A DNA stretch of 64,000 nt, from assembly GCF_056712565.1 (NCBI RefSeq), contig NZ_CM160072.1. One strand, given 5' to 3'. This document shows, piece by piece, positions 46,710 to 58,887 of this stretch (positions within the stretch are counted from its first letter, which is position 1; each line of letters begins with the position of its first letter). Below the pieces are notes generated by a model. That model was not told where the DNA came from. It searched no databases and saw only the letters and a list, made by a program, of their open reading frames with translations. A program made the translations under genes and the position numbers.

Positions 46710-47636
46710 TCAGCATGACGCATTTGAGAATGTTGAATTTACAATTGCCGACTCAGGCACGGCGGTCAGCGTCCAGTTTTTGACGGCTGACTGAAGGATT
46801 TGCTCGACGCTGAAATCCTGCCAGTGTGTTTCTACCTGCTGACCCAGAAAATGAAGTGCCGCGATTAACACCGGGCGCGGATCGCCTTTCGGCAACGCAG
46901 GCGCATGATTCTGCTTGGAAAGTTTAGCGCCTTGTGGATTAAGCGCCAGCGGTAAATGGATGTAATCTGGCACTTTCCAGCCAAAAAGCTGGTACAGCGA
47001 GATTTGCCGCACCGTCGGTTCGATCAAATCTGCCCCGCGGACAATTTCGCTCACGCCCTGGAAGTGATCATCCACCACCACCGCCAGGTTATAGGCAAAC
47101 AAACCATCACGGCGATGAATAATAAAATCTTCCCGTGCCAGTTTTTCGTCGGCGTGAATAATGCCTCGCAGCAGATCAGTAAACTGGGTGACCGGATGCT
47201 GCTGGCGGATACGTACTGCGGCGTTGTCTGGTCCATGATGCAAATCCCGGCAATGACCGTCGTAAATACCGCCAATGCTTTGAATACGCGCACGCGTGCA
47301 GGTGCAGTAATAACTTAGTCCTTGCTCATGTAACCAGGCGAGTGCTTCGCGATAGGCGTGGTGACGTTGCGATTGCCAGAGAACGTCGCCGTCCCAGTGC
47401 AGGCCGTAATGTTCCAGCTGGCGCAGGATAGTTTCTGCGGCACCGGGAACTTCACGAGGCGGGTCGATATCTTCAATGCGTACCAGCCAGCGACCTTGCC
47501 GGGCGCGAGCCTGCAAATAGCTGCCAAGCGCAGCAATCAGAGAACCAAAATGAAGCTCGCCGGAAGGAGAGGGGGCGAAGCGGCCAATATAGTGTGTGTC
47601 TGTCATCTCTTTGAACAAAAAATAAGGCGGGAGCAT
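46710..47636 (-). CDS. gluQ: Glutamyl-Q tRNA(Asp) synthetase
   Basis: Truncated GluRS-like catalytic domain with HIGS-type motif (..[26 protein letters not shown]..). The true start may be the downstream Met ([10 protein letters not shown]..). Confidence 0.88.
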   Translation of the reverse strand: MLPPYFLFKEMTDTHYIGRFAPSPSGELHFGSLIAALGSYLQARARQGRWLVRIEDIDPPREVPGAAETILRQLEHYGLHWDGDVLWQSQRHHAYREALAWLHEQGLSYYCTCTRARIQSIGGIYDGHCRDLHHGPDNAAVRIRQQHPVTQFTDLLRGIIHADEKLAREDFIIHRRDGLFAYNLAVVVDDHFQGVSEIVRGADLIEPTVRQISLYQLFGWKVPDYIHLPLALNPQGAKLSKQNHAPALPKGDPRPVLIAALHFLGQQVETHWQDFSVEQILQSAVKNWTLTAVPESAIVNSTFSNASC

Positions 47637-47672
47637 TTCCCGCCTGTGGTAAACGTGATGGAACGGCTGTAA

Positions 47673-48128
47673 TTAGCCAGCCATCTGTTTTTCGCGAATT
47701 TCAGCCAGCGTTTTGCAGTCGATGCACAGATCGGCTGTCGGGCGCGCTTCCAGACGGCGAATACCAATTTCAACACCGCAGGATTCGCAGTAGCCGAAAT
47801 CTTCGTCTTCCACTTTTTTCAGCGTCTTCTCGATCTTTTTGATCAGCTTACGCTCGCGATCGCGGTTACGCAGTTCGAGGCTGAACTCTTCTTCCTGGGC
47901 TGCACGGTCTACCGGGTCCGGGAAGTTGGCTGCTTCATCCTGCATATGTGTAACGGTGCGATCGACTTCATCCCTGAGTTGATTACGCCATGCTTCCAGA
48001 ATACGACGGAAGTGCGCCAGCTGGGCTTCATTCATATACTCTTCGCCCGGCTTCTCCTGATATGGTTCCACCCCAGCGATGGCGAGAATACTCAGGGACG
48101 ATGTTTTACGGTTTTGCCCTTCTTGCAT
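47673..48128 (-). CDS. dksA: RNA polymerase-binding transcription factor DksA
   Basis: Start set to [19 protein letters not shown] (151 aa); C4 zinc finger [25 protein letters not shown]. Confidence 0.93.
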   Translation of the reverse strand: MQEGQNRKTSSLSILAIAGVEPYQEKPGEEYMNEAQLAHFRRILEAWRNQLRDEVDRTVTHMQDEAANFPDPVDRAAQEEEFSLELRNRDRERKLIKKIEKTLKKVEDEDFGYCESCGVEIGIRRLEARPTADLCIDCKTLAEIREKQMAG

Positions 48129-48305
48129 GTTGCTTCTCCTTAACACGCACTATCGATCCCCATGTTCGGGGGAAAAATGAGGCCGCTATAAATAGCAGAT
48201 GCTTTTCCGGATAGCAATTATCTAAACGTAACACTTGACAACTGTGTGAGGAAAAGCGTATTTGCGCACGCGACCAGAATGTAAATTAACCAGTTACTTA
48301 CTCTA

Positions 48306-49555
<1,250 letters not shown>

Positions 49556-49628
49556 GTGAGGCACTCGGTTATGAATTACCGCGATGCTACAATGTGGCGC
49601 GAAGAATGTTAACCCTCTGGAGCGTTTT

Positions 49629-52058
49629 GTGTCGTCGTTGCCCGTTGCTGCCGTCTTACCTGAGTTACTTGCTGCCCTCGATGGTGCATCGCAGGTGTTA
49701 TTAAGTGCGCCGACCGGGGCCGGGAAATCAACCTGGCTGCCGCTGCAACTGCTGGCGCATCCCGGCATTAACGGGAAAATTATCCTGCTGGAGCCGCGTC
49801 GTCTGGCGGCGCGTAACGTTGCGCAACGACTGGCGGAGCTGCTTAACGAAAAGCCAGGCGATACCGTTGGCTACCGGATGCGTGCGCAAAACTGCGTCGG
49901 GCCGAATACCCGCCTGGAAGTGGTTACCGAAGGCGTGCTGACGCGGATGATCCAGCGTGACCCGGAACTGAGCGGTGTTGGATTGGTGATCCTTGATGAA
50001 TTTCATGAGCGCAGCTTGCAGGCGGATTTGGCGTTGGCGCTGTTACTCGATGTGCAACAAGGTCTGCGTGATGACCTTAAACTGCTGATTATGTCGGCTA
50101 CGCTGGACAACGACCGCTTGCAGCAAATGCTGCCAGAAGCGCCCGTCGTCATCTCAGAAGGGCGCTCGTTTCCGGTTGAACGCCGTTATTTGCCGCTGCC
50201 CGCTCATCAGCGTTTTGACGAAGCCGTCGCGGTTGCCACCGCCGAAATGCTGCGTCAGGAAAGTGGATCATTACTGTTATTTTTACCTGGCGTCGGAGAA
50301 ATTCAGCGTGTGCAGGAACAACTGGCTTCACGCATCGGCAGTGATGTGTTGCTCTGCCCGCTGTATGGCGCGTTGTCGCTGAACGATCAGCGAAAAGCGA
50401 TCCTCCCGGCACCGCAAGGGATGCGTAAAGTGGTGCTGGCGACCAATATTGCTGAAACCAGTTTAACCATCGAAGGTATTCGTCTGGTGGTGGATTGTGC
50501 CCAGGAGCGTGTGGCGCGTTTTGATCCGCGTACAGGGCTTACGCGGCTGGTTACTCAACGCGTTAGTCAGGCGTCGATGACGCAACGTGCCGGGCGTGCC
50601 GGGCGTCTGGAGCCGGGTATCTGCCTGCATTTAATCGCCAAAGAACAAGCAGAACGCGCTGCCGCACAAAGTGAACCGGAGATCTTACAAAGCGATCTTT
50701 CCGGTTTGCTGATGGAATTACTGCAATGGGGATGCAGCGATCCGGCGCAGATGAGCTGGCTGGATCAACCGCCAACGGTGAATCTACTGGCCGCGAAACG
50801 CCTGTTACGGATGCTGGGGGCGCTGGACGGTGAACGGCTTAGTGCGCAAGGGCAAAAAATGGCAACGCTGGGTAACGATCCGCGTTTAGCGGCAATGCTG
50901 GTTAGCGCGAAGAACGACGACGAAGCTGCTACCGCGGCAAAAATTGCCGCCATTCTCGAAGAGCCGCCACGGATGGGCAATAGTGACCTGGGCGTGGCGT
51001 TTTCGCGCAATCAACCCGCCTGGCAGCAACGTAGTCAGCAACTGTTAAAACGCTTAAACGTACGCGGCGGTGAGGCAGACAGTTCGCTTATCGCGCCGCT
51101 ACTTGCCAGAGCGTATGCCGATCGCATTGCTCGTCGCCGTGGGCAAGATGAACGCTATCAACTGGCGAACGGCATGGGGGCGATGCTCGATGCCGACGAT
51201 GCGCTAAGCCGCCACGAATGGTTGATCGCACCGTTATTATTGCAGGGCAGCGCCTCACCGGATGCACGGATTTTACTGGCGCTGCCGGTCGATATTGATG
51301 AGTTAGTACAACGCTGCCCGCAGCTGGTACAGCAGTCTGACACTGTGGAGTGGGATGACGCGCAAGGTACGCTGAAAGCCTGGCGTCGGCTGCAAATTGG
51401 TCAGTTGATGGTTAAAGTGCAACCGCTGGCGAAACCCTCGGAAGACGAGTTGCATCAGGCGATGCTTAACGGCATTCGTGATAAAGGTTTAAGCGTGCTC
51501 AACTGGACGGCGGAAGCGGAACAGCTACGCTTGCGTTTGTTATGCGCCGCAAAGTGGTTGCCGGAATATGACTGGCCAGCGGTTGATGATGAAAGTTTGT
51601 TGGCGACGCTGGAAACGTGGCTACTGCCGCATATGACAGGCGTGCATTCGCTACGCGGCCTGAAATCACTCGATATTTATCAGGCACTGCGTGGATTACT
51701 TGATTGGGTAATGCAGCAACGTCTGGATAGTGAATTGCCTGCGCATTACACTGTGCCGACGGGAAGCCGGATCGCCATTCGTTACCATGAAGATAACCCG
51801 CCCGCGCTGGCGGTGAGAATGCAGGAGATGTTTGGTGAGGCCACTAATCCGACTATCGCCCAGGGGCGCGTACCGTTGGTGCTGGAGTTGCTTTCCCCTG
51901 CCCAAAGGCCGCTGCAAATCACGCGTGATTTGAGCGCCTTCTGGAAAGGAGCGTACCGTGAGGTGCAAAAAGAGATGAAAGGGCGTTATCCCAAACATGT
52001 CTGGCCGGACGACCCGGCAAACACCGCACCGACGCGACGAACGAAAAAGTATTCGTGA
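49629..52058 (+). CDS. hrpB: ATP-dependent RNA helicase HrpB (DEAH box)
   Basis: Walker A APTGAGKST and DEFH box; start placed at an in-frame GTG to give about 809 aa; the exact start is uncertain. Confidence 0.88.
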   Translation: MSSLPVAAVLPELLAALDGASQVLLSAPTGAGKSTWLPLQLLAHPGINGKIILLEPRRLAARNVAQRLAELLNEKPGDTVGYRMRAQNCVGPNTRLEVVTEGVLTRMIQRDPELSGVGLVILDEFHERSLQADLALALLLDVQQGLRDDLKLLIMSATLDNDRLQQMLPEAPVVISEGRSFPVERRYLPLPAHQRFDEAVAVATAEMLRQESGSLLLFLPGVGEIQRVQEQLASRIGSDVLLCPLYGALSLNDQRKAILPAPQGMRKVVLATNIAETSLTIEGIRLVVDCAQERVARFDPRTGLTRLVTQRVSQASMTQRAGRAGRLEPGICLHLIAKEQAERAAAQSEPEILQSDLSGLLMELLQWGCSDPAQMSWLDQPPTVNLLAAKRLLRMLGALDGERLSAQGQKMATLGNDPRLAAMLVSAKNDDEAATAAKIAAILEEPPRMGNSDLGVAFSRNQPAWQQRSQQLLKRLNVRGGEADSSLIAPLLARAYADRIARRRGQDERYQLANGMGAMLDADDALSRHEWLIAPLLLQGSASPDARILLALPVDIDELVQRCPQLVQQSDTVEWDDAQGTLKAWRRLQIGQLMVKVQPLAKPSEDELHQAMLNGIRDKGLSVLNWTAEAEQLRLRLLCAAKWLPEYDWPAVDDESLLATLETWLLPHMTGVHSLRGLKSLDIYQALRGLLDWVMQQRLDSELPAHYTVPTGSRIAIRYHEDNPPALAVRMQEMFGEATNPTIAQGRVPLVLELLSPAQRPLQITRDLSAFWKGAYREVQKEMKGRYPKHVWPDDPANTAPTRRTKKYS

Positions 52059-52151
52059 AGACCAAAGCAAATTTGAGAGATATCTTCTTCTGTCTTGCAA
52101 CAGAAGAACAGAAAATCGGGCTTTTGCGCCTGAATATTGCGGAGAAAAAGC

Positions 52152-54686
52152 ATGGCCGGGAATGACCGCGAGCCAATTGGACGCAAAGGGAAACCGACGC
52201 GTCCGGTCAAACAAAAGGTAAGCCGTCGTCGTTACGAAGATGACGATGATTACGACGATTATGATGACTATGAGGATGAAGAACCGATGCCGCGCAAAGG
52301 TAAGGGCAAAGGCAAAGGGCGTAAGCCTCGTGGCAAACGCGGCTGGCTATGGCTGCTGCTAAAACTGGCTATCGTTTTTGCCGTGCTGATCGCCATTTAC
52401 GGCGTTTATCTCGATCAAAAAATTCGTAGCCGTATTGATGGTAAGGTCTGGCAATTGCCCGCGGCAGTTTATGGTCGAATGGTCAACCTTGAGCCAGACA
52501 TGACCATCAGCAAGAACGAGATGGTGAAGCTGCTGGAGGCGACCCAGTATCGCCAGGTGTCGAAAATGACCCGTCCTGGCGAGTTTACCGTACAGGCCAA
52601 CAGCATTGAGATGATCCGCCGTCCGTTTGATTTCCCGGACAGCAAAGAAGGGCAGGTGCGCGCGCGTCTGACCTTTGATGGCGATCATCTGGCGAGGATC
52701 GTCAATATGGAGAACAACCGTCAGTTCGGTTTCTTCCGTCTTGATCCGCGCCTGATCACCATGATTTCTTCGCCAAACGGTGAGCAGCGTCTGTTTGTGC
52801 CGCGCAGTGGTTTCCCGGATTTGCTGGTGGATACTTTGCTGGCGACAGAAGACCGTCATTTCTACGAGCATGATGGGATCAGTCTCTACTCAATCGGACG
52901 TGCGGTGCTGGCAAACCTGACTGCCGGACGCACGGTGCAGGGGGCGAGTACGCTGACGCAACAGTTGGTTAAAAACCTGTTCCTCTCCAGCGAGCGTTCT
53001 TACTGGCGTAAAGCGAACGAAGCCTACATGGCGCTGATCATGGACGCGCGTTACAGCAAAGACCGTATTCTTGAGCTGTATATGAACGAGGTGTATCTCG
53101 GTCAGAGCGGCGACAACGAAATCCGCGGCTTCCCGCTGGCGAGCTTGTATTACTTTGGTCGCCCGGTAGAAGAATTGAGCCTCGATCAGCAGGCGCTGTT
53201 GGTGGGTATGGTGAAAGGGGCGTCCATCTACAACCCGTGGCGTAACCCGAAACTGGCGCTGGAGCGACGTAACCTGGTACTACGTTTGCTGCAACAGCAA
53301 CAAATTATTGATCAAGAACTCTACGACATGCTGAGTGCGCGTCCGCTGGGTGTTCAGCCGCGCGGTGGGGTGATCTCTCCTCAGCCAGCCTTTATGCAGC
53401 TGGTGCGTCAGGAGCTGCAGGCGAAATTAGGCGATAAGGTAAAAGATCTCTCCGGCGTGAAGATCTTCACTACCTTTGACTCGGTGGCCCAGGACGCGGC
53501 AGAAAAAGCCGCCGTGGAAGGCATTCCGGCACTGAAGAAACAGCGTAAGTTGAGCGATCTTGAAACCGCGATTGTGGTTGTTGACCGCTTTAGCGGTGAA
53601 GTTCGTGCGATGGTCGGTGGTTCTGAGCCGCAGTTTGCGGGCTACAACCGTGCGATGCAGGCGCGTCGTTCGATTGGTTCCCTTGCAAAACCAGCGACTT
53701 ATCTAACGGCCTTAAGCCAGCCGAAAATCTATCGTTTGAATACGTGGATTGCCGATGCGCCAATCGCGCTGCGTCAGCCGAATGGCCAGGTCTGGTCACC
53801 GCAGAACGATGATCGTCGTTATAGCGAAAGTGGCAGGGTGATGCTGGTAGATGCGTTGACCCGTTCGATGAACGTGCCGACGGTGAATCTGGGCATGGCG
53901 TTGGGGCTACCTGCGGTTACGGAGACCTGGATTAAACTGGGTGTGCCGAAAGATCAACTGAATCCAGTTCCAGCAATGTTGTTGGGGGCGTTGAACTTAA
54001 CGCCAATCGAAGTGGCGCAGGCCTTCCAGACTATCGCCAGCGGTGGTAATCGTGCTCCGCTTTCCGCGCTACGTTCAGTCATCGCAGAAGACGGCAAGGT
54101 GTTGTATCAGAGCTTCCCGCAGGCGGAACGCGCTGTTCCGGCGCAGGCGGCGTATCTGACACTATGGACCATGCAGCAGGTTGTACAACGCGGTACGGGT
54201 CGTCAGCTTGGGGCGAAATACCCGAACCTGCATCTGGCAGGGAAAACAGGGACTACCAACAATAACGTAGATACCTGGTTTGCGGGCATTGATGGGAGCA
54301 CGGTGACCATCACCTGGGTCGGCCGTGATAACAACCAGCCGACCAAACTGTATGGTGCCAGCGGGGCAATGTCGATTTATCAGCGTTATCTGGCTAACCA
54401 GACGCCAACACCGCTGAATCTTGTTCCGCCGGAAGATATTGCAGATATGGGCGTGGACTACGACGGCAACTTTGTTTGCAGCGGTGGTATGCGTGTCTTG
54501 CCGGTCTGGACCAGCGATCCGCAATCGCTGTGCCAGCAGAGTGAGATGCAGCAGCAACCGTCAGGCAATCCGTTTGATCAGTCTTCTCAGCCGCAGCAAC
54601 AGCCGCAACAGCAACCTGCTCAGCAAGAGCAGAAAGACAGCGACGGTGTAGCCGGTTGGATTAAAGATATGTTTGGGAGTAATTAA
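52152..54686 (+). CDS. mrcB: Penicillin-binding protein 1B (bifunctional glycosyltransferase/transpeptidase)
   Basis: Start set to [18 protein letters not shown] (844 aa); acidic [15 protein letters not shown] tract and TM anchor. Confidence 0.93.
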   Translation: MAGNDREPIGRKGKPTRPVKQKVSRRRYEDDDDYDDYDDYEDEEPMPRKGKGKGKGRKPRGKRGWLWLLLKLAIVFAVLIAIYGVYLDQKIRSRIDGKVWQLPAAVYGRMVNLEPDMTISKNEMVKLLEATQYRQVSKMTRPGEFTVQANSIEMIRRPFDFPDSKEGQVRARLTFDGDHLARIVNMENNRQFGFFRLDPRLITMISSPNGEQRLFVPRSGFPDLLVDTLLATEDRHFYEHDGISLYSIGRAVLANLTAGRTVQGASTLTQQLVKNLFLSSERSYWRKANEAYMALIMDARYSKDRILELYMNEVYLGQSGDNEIRGFPLASLYYFGRPVEELSLDQQALLVGMVKGASIYNPWRNPKLALERRNLVLRLLQQQQIIDQELYDMLSARPLGVQPRGGVISPQPAFMQLVRQELQAKLGDKVKDLSGVKIFTTFDSVAQDAAEKAAVEGIPALKKQRKLSDLETAIVVVDRFSGEVRAMVGGSEPQFAGYNRAMQARRSIGSLAKPATYLTALSQPKIYRLNTWIADAPIALRQPNGQVWSPQNDDRRYSESGRVMLVDALTRSMNVPTVNLGMALGLPAVTETWIKLGVPKDQLNPVPAMLLGALNLTPIEVAQAFQTIASGGNRAPLSALRSVIAEDGKVLYQSFPQAERAVPAQAAYLTLWTMQQVVQRGTGRQLGAKYPNLHLAGKTGTTNNNVDTWFAGIDGSTVTITWVGRDNNQPTKLYGASGAMSIYQRYLANQTPTPLNLVPPEDIADMGVDYDGNFVCSGGMRVLPVWTSDPQSLCQQSEMQQQPSGNPFDQSSQPQQQPQQQPAQQEQKDSDGVAGWIKDMFGSN

Positions 54687-54848
54687 CGTCTAAGCGTGAT
54701 ATACCGGATGGCGAGCTGCCATCCGGTAAAATAACATCCCCTCCAAAGTATTAACCCTTTCTTTTCATCTGATTGTTTATTGACCCTTCAGGAATGCGCA
54801 GATTGCGTACCGCTTGCGAACCCGCCAGCGTTTCGAATATTATCTCAT

Positions 54849-54869
54849 CTTTATAATAATCATTCTCGT
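54849..54869. promoter_or_regulatory. Candidate Fur box in the fhuA promoter
   Basis: ataatcattctc within tttataataatcattctcgtt matches 11 of 12 positions of the Fur consensus core ATAATCATTATC, about 40 bp upstream of the fhuA start. Confidence 0.5.
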
Positions 54870-54905
54870 TTACGTTATCATTCACTTTACACCAGAGAAA
54901 TACCA

Positions 54906-57149
54906 ATGGCACCTTCCAAAACTGCTCAGCCAAAACACTCACTGCGTAAAATCGCAGTTGTAGTAGCCACAGCGGTTAGCGGCATGTCTGTTTATGCACA
55001 GGCAGCGGTTGAACCGAAAGAAGACACTATCACCGTTACCGCTGCACCTGCGCCGCAAGAAAGCGCATGGGGGCCGGCTGCAACTATTGCGGCGCGACAG
55101 TCAGCTACCGGCACTAAAACCGATACGCCGATTCAAAAAGTACCTCAATCTATTTCTGTCGTCACCGCTGAAGAGATGGCGCTGCATCAGCCTAAGTCGG
55201 TGAAAGAAGCGCTTAGCTATACGCCGGGTGTCTCTGTTGGTACGCGTGGCGCATCCAACACCTATGACCACCTGATCATTCGCGGTTTTGCGGCAGAAGG
55301 CCAAAGCCAGAATAACTATCTGAATGGCCTGAAGTTGCAGGGCAACTTCTATAACGATGCGGTCATCGACCCGTATATGCTGGAACGTGCTGAAATTATG
55401 CGTGGCCCGGTTTCCGTGCTTTACGGTAAAAGCAGTCCTGGCGGTCTGTTGAATATGGTCAGCAAGCGTCCGACCACCGAACCGCTGAAAGAAGTTCAGT
55501 TTAAAGCCGGTACTGACAGCCTGTTCCAGACCGGTTTTGACTTCAGCGATGCGCTGGATGATGACGGCGTTTATTCTTATCGCCTGACCGGTCTTGCGCG
55601 TTCTGCCAATGCCCAGCAGAAAGGGTCAGAAGAGCAGCGTTATGCTATTGCACCGGCGTTCACCTGGCGTCCGGATGATAAAACCAATTTCACCTTCCTT
55701 TCTTACTTCCAGAACGAGCCGGAAACTGGTTATTACGGCTGGTTGCCGAAAGAGGGAACCGTTGAGCCGCTGCCGAACGGTAAGCGTCTGCCGACAGACT
55801 TTAACGAAGGGGCGAAGAACAACACCTATTCTCGTAACGAGAAGATGGTCGGCTACAGCTTCGATCACGAATTTAACGATACCTTTACTGTGCGTCAGAA
55901 CCTGCGCTTTGCTGAAAACAAAACCTCGCAAAACAGCGTTTATGGTTACGGCGTCTGCTCCGATCCGGCGAATGCTTACAGCAAACAGTGTGCGGCATTA
56001 GCGCCAGCGGATAAAGGCCATTATCTGGCACGTAAATACGTCGTTGATGATGAGAAGCTGCAAAACTTCTCCGTTGATACCCAGTTGCAGAGCAAGTTTG
56101 CCACTGGCGATATCGACCACACTCTGCTGACCGGTGTCGACTTTATGCGTATGCGTAATGACATCAACGCCTGGTTTGGTTACGACGACTCTGTGCCACT
56201 GCTCGATCTGTACAATCCGGTGAATACCGATTTTGACTTCAATGCGAAAGACCCGGATAACTCCGGGCCGTACCGCATTCTGAATAAGCAGAAGCAAACG
56301 GGCGTTTATGTTCAGGATCAGGCGCAGTGGGATAAAGTGCTGGTCACCCTGGGCGGTCGTTACGACTGGGCAGATCAAGAATCTCTTAACCGCGTAGCGG
56401 GAACGACCGATAAACGTGATGACAAACAGTTTACCTGGCGTGGTGGTGTTAACTACCTGTTTGATAATGGTGTAACACCATACTTCAGCTATAGCGAATC
56501 GTTTGAACCTTCTTCGCAAGTTGGGAAGGATGGTAATATTTTCGCACCGTCTAAAGGTAAGCAGTATGAAGTCGGCGTGAAATATGTACCGGAAGATCGT
56601 CCGATTGTAGTTACTGGTGCCGTGTATAATCTTACTAAAACCAACAACCTGATGGCGGACCCTGAGGGTTCCTTCTTCTCGGTTGAAGGTGGCGAGATCC
56701 GCGCTCGTGGCGTAGAAATCGAAGCGAAAGCGGCGCTGTCGGCGAGTGTTAACGTAGTCGGTTCTTATACTTACACCGATGCGGAATACACTACCGATAC
56801 TACCTACAAAGGCAATACGCCTGCACAGGTGCCAAAACACATGGCTTCGCTGTGGGCTGACTATACCTTCTTTGACGGTCCGCTTTCAGGTCTGACGCTG
56901 GGCACCGGTGGTCGTTATACTGGCTCCAGCTATGGTGATCCGGCTAACTCCTTTAAAGTGGGAAGTTATACGGTCGTGGATGCGTTAGTGCGTTATGATC
57001 TGGCGCGAGTCGGCATGGCGGGCTCCAACGTGGCGCTGCATGTCAACAACCTGTTTGATCGTGAATACGTCGCCAGCTGCTTTAACACTTATGGTTGCTT
57101 CTGGGGCGCAGAACGTCAGGTCGTTGCAACCGCAACCTTCCGTTTCTAA
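54906..57149 (+). CDS. fhuA: Ferrichrome outer-membrane transporter FhuA (TonB-dependent)
   Basis: Start set to MAPSKTAQPKHSLRKIAVVVATAVSGMSVYAQA (747 aa); TonB box DTITVTA; terminal ..ATATFRF. Confidence 0.93.
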   Translation: MAPSKTAQPKHSLRKIAVVVATAVSGMSVYAQAAVEPKEDTITVTAAPAPQESAWGPAATIAARQSATGTKTDTPIQKVPQSISVVTAEEMALHQPKSVKEALSYTPGVSVGTRGASNTYDHLIIRGFAAEGQSQNNYLNGLKLQGNFYNDAVIDPYMLERAEIMRGPVSVLYGKSSPGGLLNMVSKRPTTEPLKEVQFKAGTDSLFQTGFDFSDALDDDGVYSYRLTGLARSANAQQKGSEEQRYAIAPAFTWRPDDKTNFTFLSYFQNEPETGYYGWLPKEGTVEPLPNGKRLPTDFNEGAKNNTYSRNEKMVGYSFDHEFNDTFTVRQNLRFAENKTSQNSVYGYGVCSDPANAYSKQCAALAPADKGHYLARKYVVDDEKLQNFSVDTQLQSKFATGDIDHTLLTGVDFMRMRNDINAWFGYDDSVPLLDLYNPVNTDFDFNAKDPDNSGPYRILNKQKQTGVYVQDQAQWDKVLVTLGGRYDWADQESLNRVAGTTDKRDDKQFTWRGGVNYLFDNGVTPYFSYSESFEPSSQVGKDGNIFAPSKGKQYEVGVKYVPEDRPIVVTGAVYNLTKTNNLMADPEGSFFSVEGGEIRARGVEIEAKAALSASVNVVGSYTYTDAEYTTDTTYKGNTPAQVPKHMASLWADYTFFDGPLSGLTLGTGGRYTGSSYGDPANSFKVGSYTVVDALVRYDLARVGMAGSNVALHVNNLFDREYVASCFNTYGCFWGAERQVVATATFRF

Positions 57150-57199
57150 TTTCTCTTTTGGGGCACGGATTTCCGTGCCCGTTTCACAAGTTGGCTGTT

Positions 57200-57997
57200 A
57201 TGCAGGAATACACGAATCATTCCGATACCACTTTTGCACTGCGTAATATCTCCTTTCGTGTGCCCGGGCGCACGCTTTTGCATCCGTTGTCGTTAACCTT
57301 TCCTGCCGGGAAAGTGACTGGTCTGATTGGTCACAACGGTTCTGGTAAATCCACTCTGCTCAAAATGCTTGGTCGTCACCAGCCACCGTCGGAAGGGGAG
57401 ATTCTTCTTGATGCCCAACCGCTGGAAAGCTGGAGCAGCAAAGCGTTTGCCCGCAAAGTGGCTTATTTACCGCAGCAGCTTCCTCCGGCAGAAGGGATGA
57501 CCGTGCGTGAACTGGTGGCGATTGGTCGTTACCCGTGGCATGGCGCACTAGGGCGCTTTGGTGCTGCAGATCGCGAAAAGGTCGAGGAAGCTATCTCGCT
57601 GGTTGGCTTAAAACCGCTGGCGCATCGGCTGGTCGATAGCCTCTCTGGCGGCGAACGTCAACGGGCGTGGATCGCCATGCTGGTGGCGCAGGATAGCCGC
57701 TGTCTGTTGCTCGACGAACCGACCTCGGCGCTGGATATCGCCCACCAGGTTGATGTACTGGCGCTGGTGCATCGTTTAAGTCAGGAGCGAGGCCTGACGG
57801 TCATTGCCGTGCTGCACGATATAAATATGGCGGCGCGCTACTGTGATTATCTGGTCGCCCTGCGCGGCGGTGAAATGATTGCTCAGGGAACGCCTGCGGA
57901 AATTATGCGCGGCGAAACCCTCGAAATGATTTATGGCATCCCGATGGGTATTCTGCCGCATCCGGCGGGTGCTGCACCTGTGAGTTTTGTTTATTGA
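57200..57997 (+). CDS. fhuC: Ferric hydroxamate ABC transporter ATPase
   Basis: Start set to MQEYTNHSDTTFALRNISF (265 aa); Walker A GHNGSGKST. Confidence 0.93.
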   Translation: MQEYTNHSDTTFALRNISFRVPGRTLLHPLSLTFPAGKVTGLIGHNGSGKSTLLKMLGRHQPPSEGEILLDAQPLESWSSKAFARKVAYLPQQLPPAEGMTVRELVAIGRYPWHGALGRFGAADREKVEEAISLVGLKPLAHRLVDSLSGGERQRAWIAMLVAQDSRCLLLDEPTSALDIAHQVDVLALVHRLSQERGLTVIAVLHDINMAARYCDYLVALRGGEMIAQGTPAEIMRGETLEMIYGIPMGILPHPAGAAPVSFVY

Positions 57998-58887
57998 TGA
58001 GCGGCTTACCTCTTATTTCGCGCCGCCGACTGTTAACGGCGATGGCGCTTTCTCCGTTGTTATGGCAGATGAATACCGCCCACGCGGCAGTTATTGATCC
58101 CAATCGTATTGTGGCACTGGAGTGGTTGCCGGTGGAGTTACTGCTGGCGCTCGGCATCGTGCCTTACGGCGTGGCGGACACCATCAACTATCGCCTGTGG
58201 GTCAGCGAACCGCCATTGCCGGACTCAGTGATTGACGTTGGTTTGCGTACAGAACCCAACCTTGAACTGCTGACCGAAATGAAACCGTCGTTTATGGTCT
58301 GGTCTGCAGGATATGGCCCTTCACCAGAAATGCTGGCACGTATTGCGCCGGGGCGCGGATTTAACTTCAGCGACGGCAAACAGCCACTGGCGATGGCGCG
58401 TAAATCACTGACGGAAATGGCAGATTTACTTAACCTGCAAAGCGCAGCGGAAACGCATTTAGCGCACTATGAAGACTTTATCCGCAGCATGAAACCCCGC
58501 TTTGTGAAGCGTGGTGCACGCCCGTTATTGCTGACGACGCTTATCGATCCGCGCCATATGTTGGTCTTCGGTCCAAACAGCTTGTTCCAGGAAATTCTCG
58601 ATGAGTACGGCATCCCAAATGCCTGGCAAGGGGAAACCAACTTCTGGGGCAGTACCGCCGTCAGTATCGATCGTCTGGCAGCGTATAAAGACGTTGATGT
58701 GCTCTGTTTTGATCACGACAACAGCAAAGACATGGATGCGCTAATGGCAACCCCGCTGTGGCAGGCCATGCCGTTTGTCCGCGCCGGACGCTTTCAGCGC
58801 GTACCTGCAGTCTGGTTCTATGGTGCGACGCTTTCTGCAATGCACTTTGTGCGTATTCTGGATAACGCCATCGGAGGTAAAGCGTGA
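57994..58887 (+). CDS. fhuD: Ferric hydroxamate periplasmic binding protein
   Basis: 297-aa ORF with Tat/Sec-type signal; ATGA overlap with fhuC. Confidence 0.92.
   Translation: MMSGLPLISRRRLLTAMALSPLLWQMNTAHAAVIDPNRIVALEWLPVELLLALGIVPYGVADTINYRLWVSEPPLPDSVIDVGLRTEPNLELLTEMKPSFMVWSAGYGPSPEMLARIAPGRGFNFSDGKQPLAMARKSLTEMADLLNLQSAAETHLAHYEDFIRSMKPRFVKRGARPLLLTTLIDPRHMLVFGPNSLFQEILDEYGIPNAWQGETNFWGSTAVSIDRLAAYKDVDVLCFDHDNSKDMDALMATPLWQAMPFVRAGRFQRVPAVWFYGATLSAMHFVRILDNAIGGKA

Noticed and set aside
55998..56840. 280-aa minus-strand ORF inside fhuA
   Set aside because: Antisense shadow ORF of fhuA.
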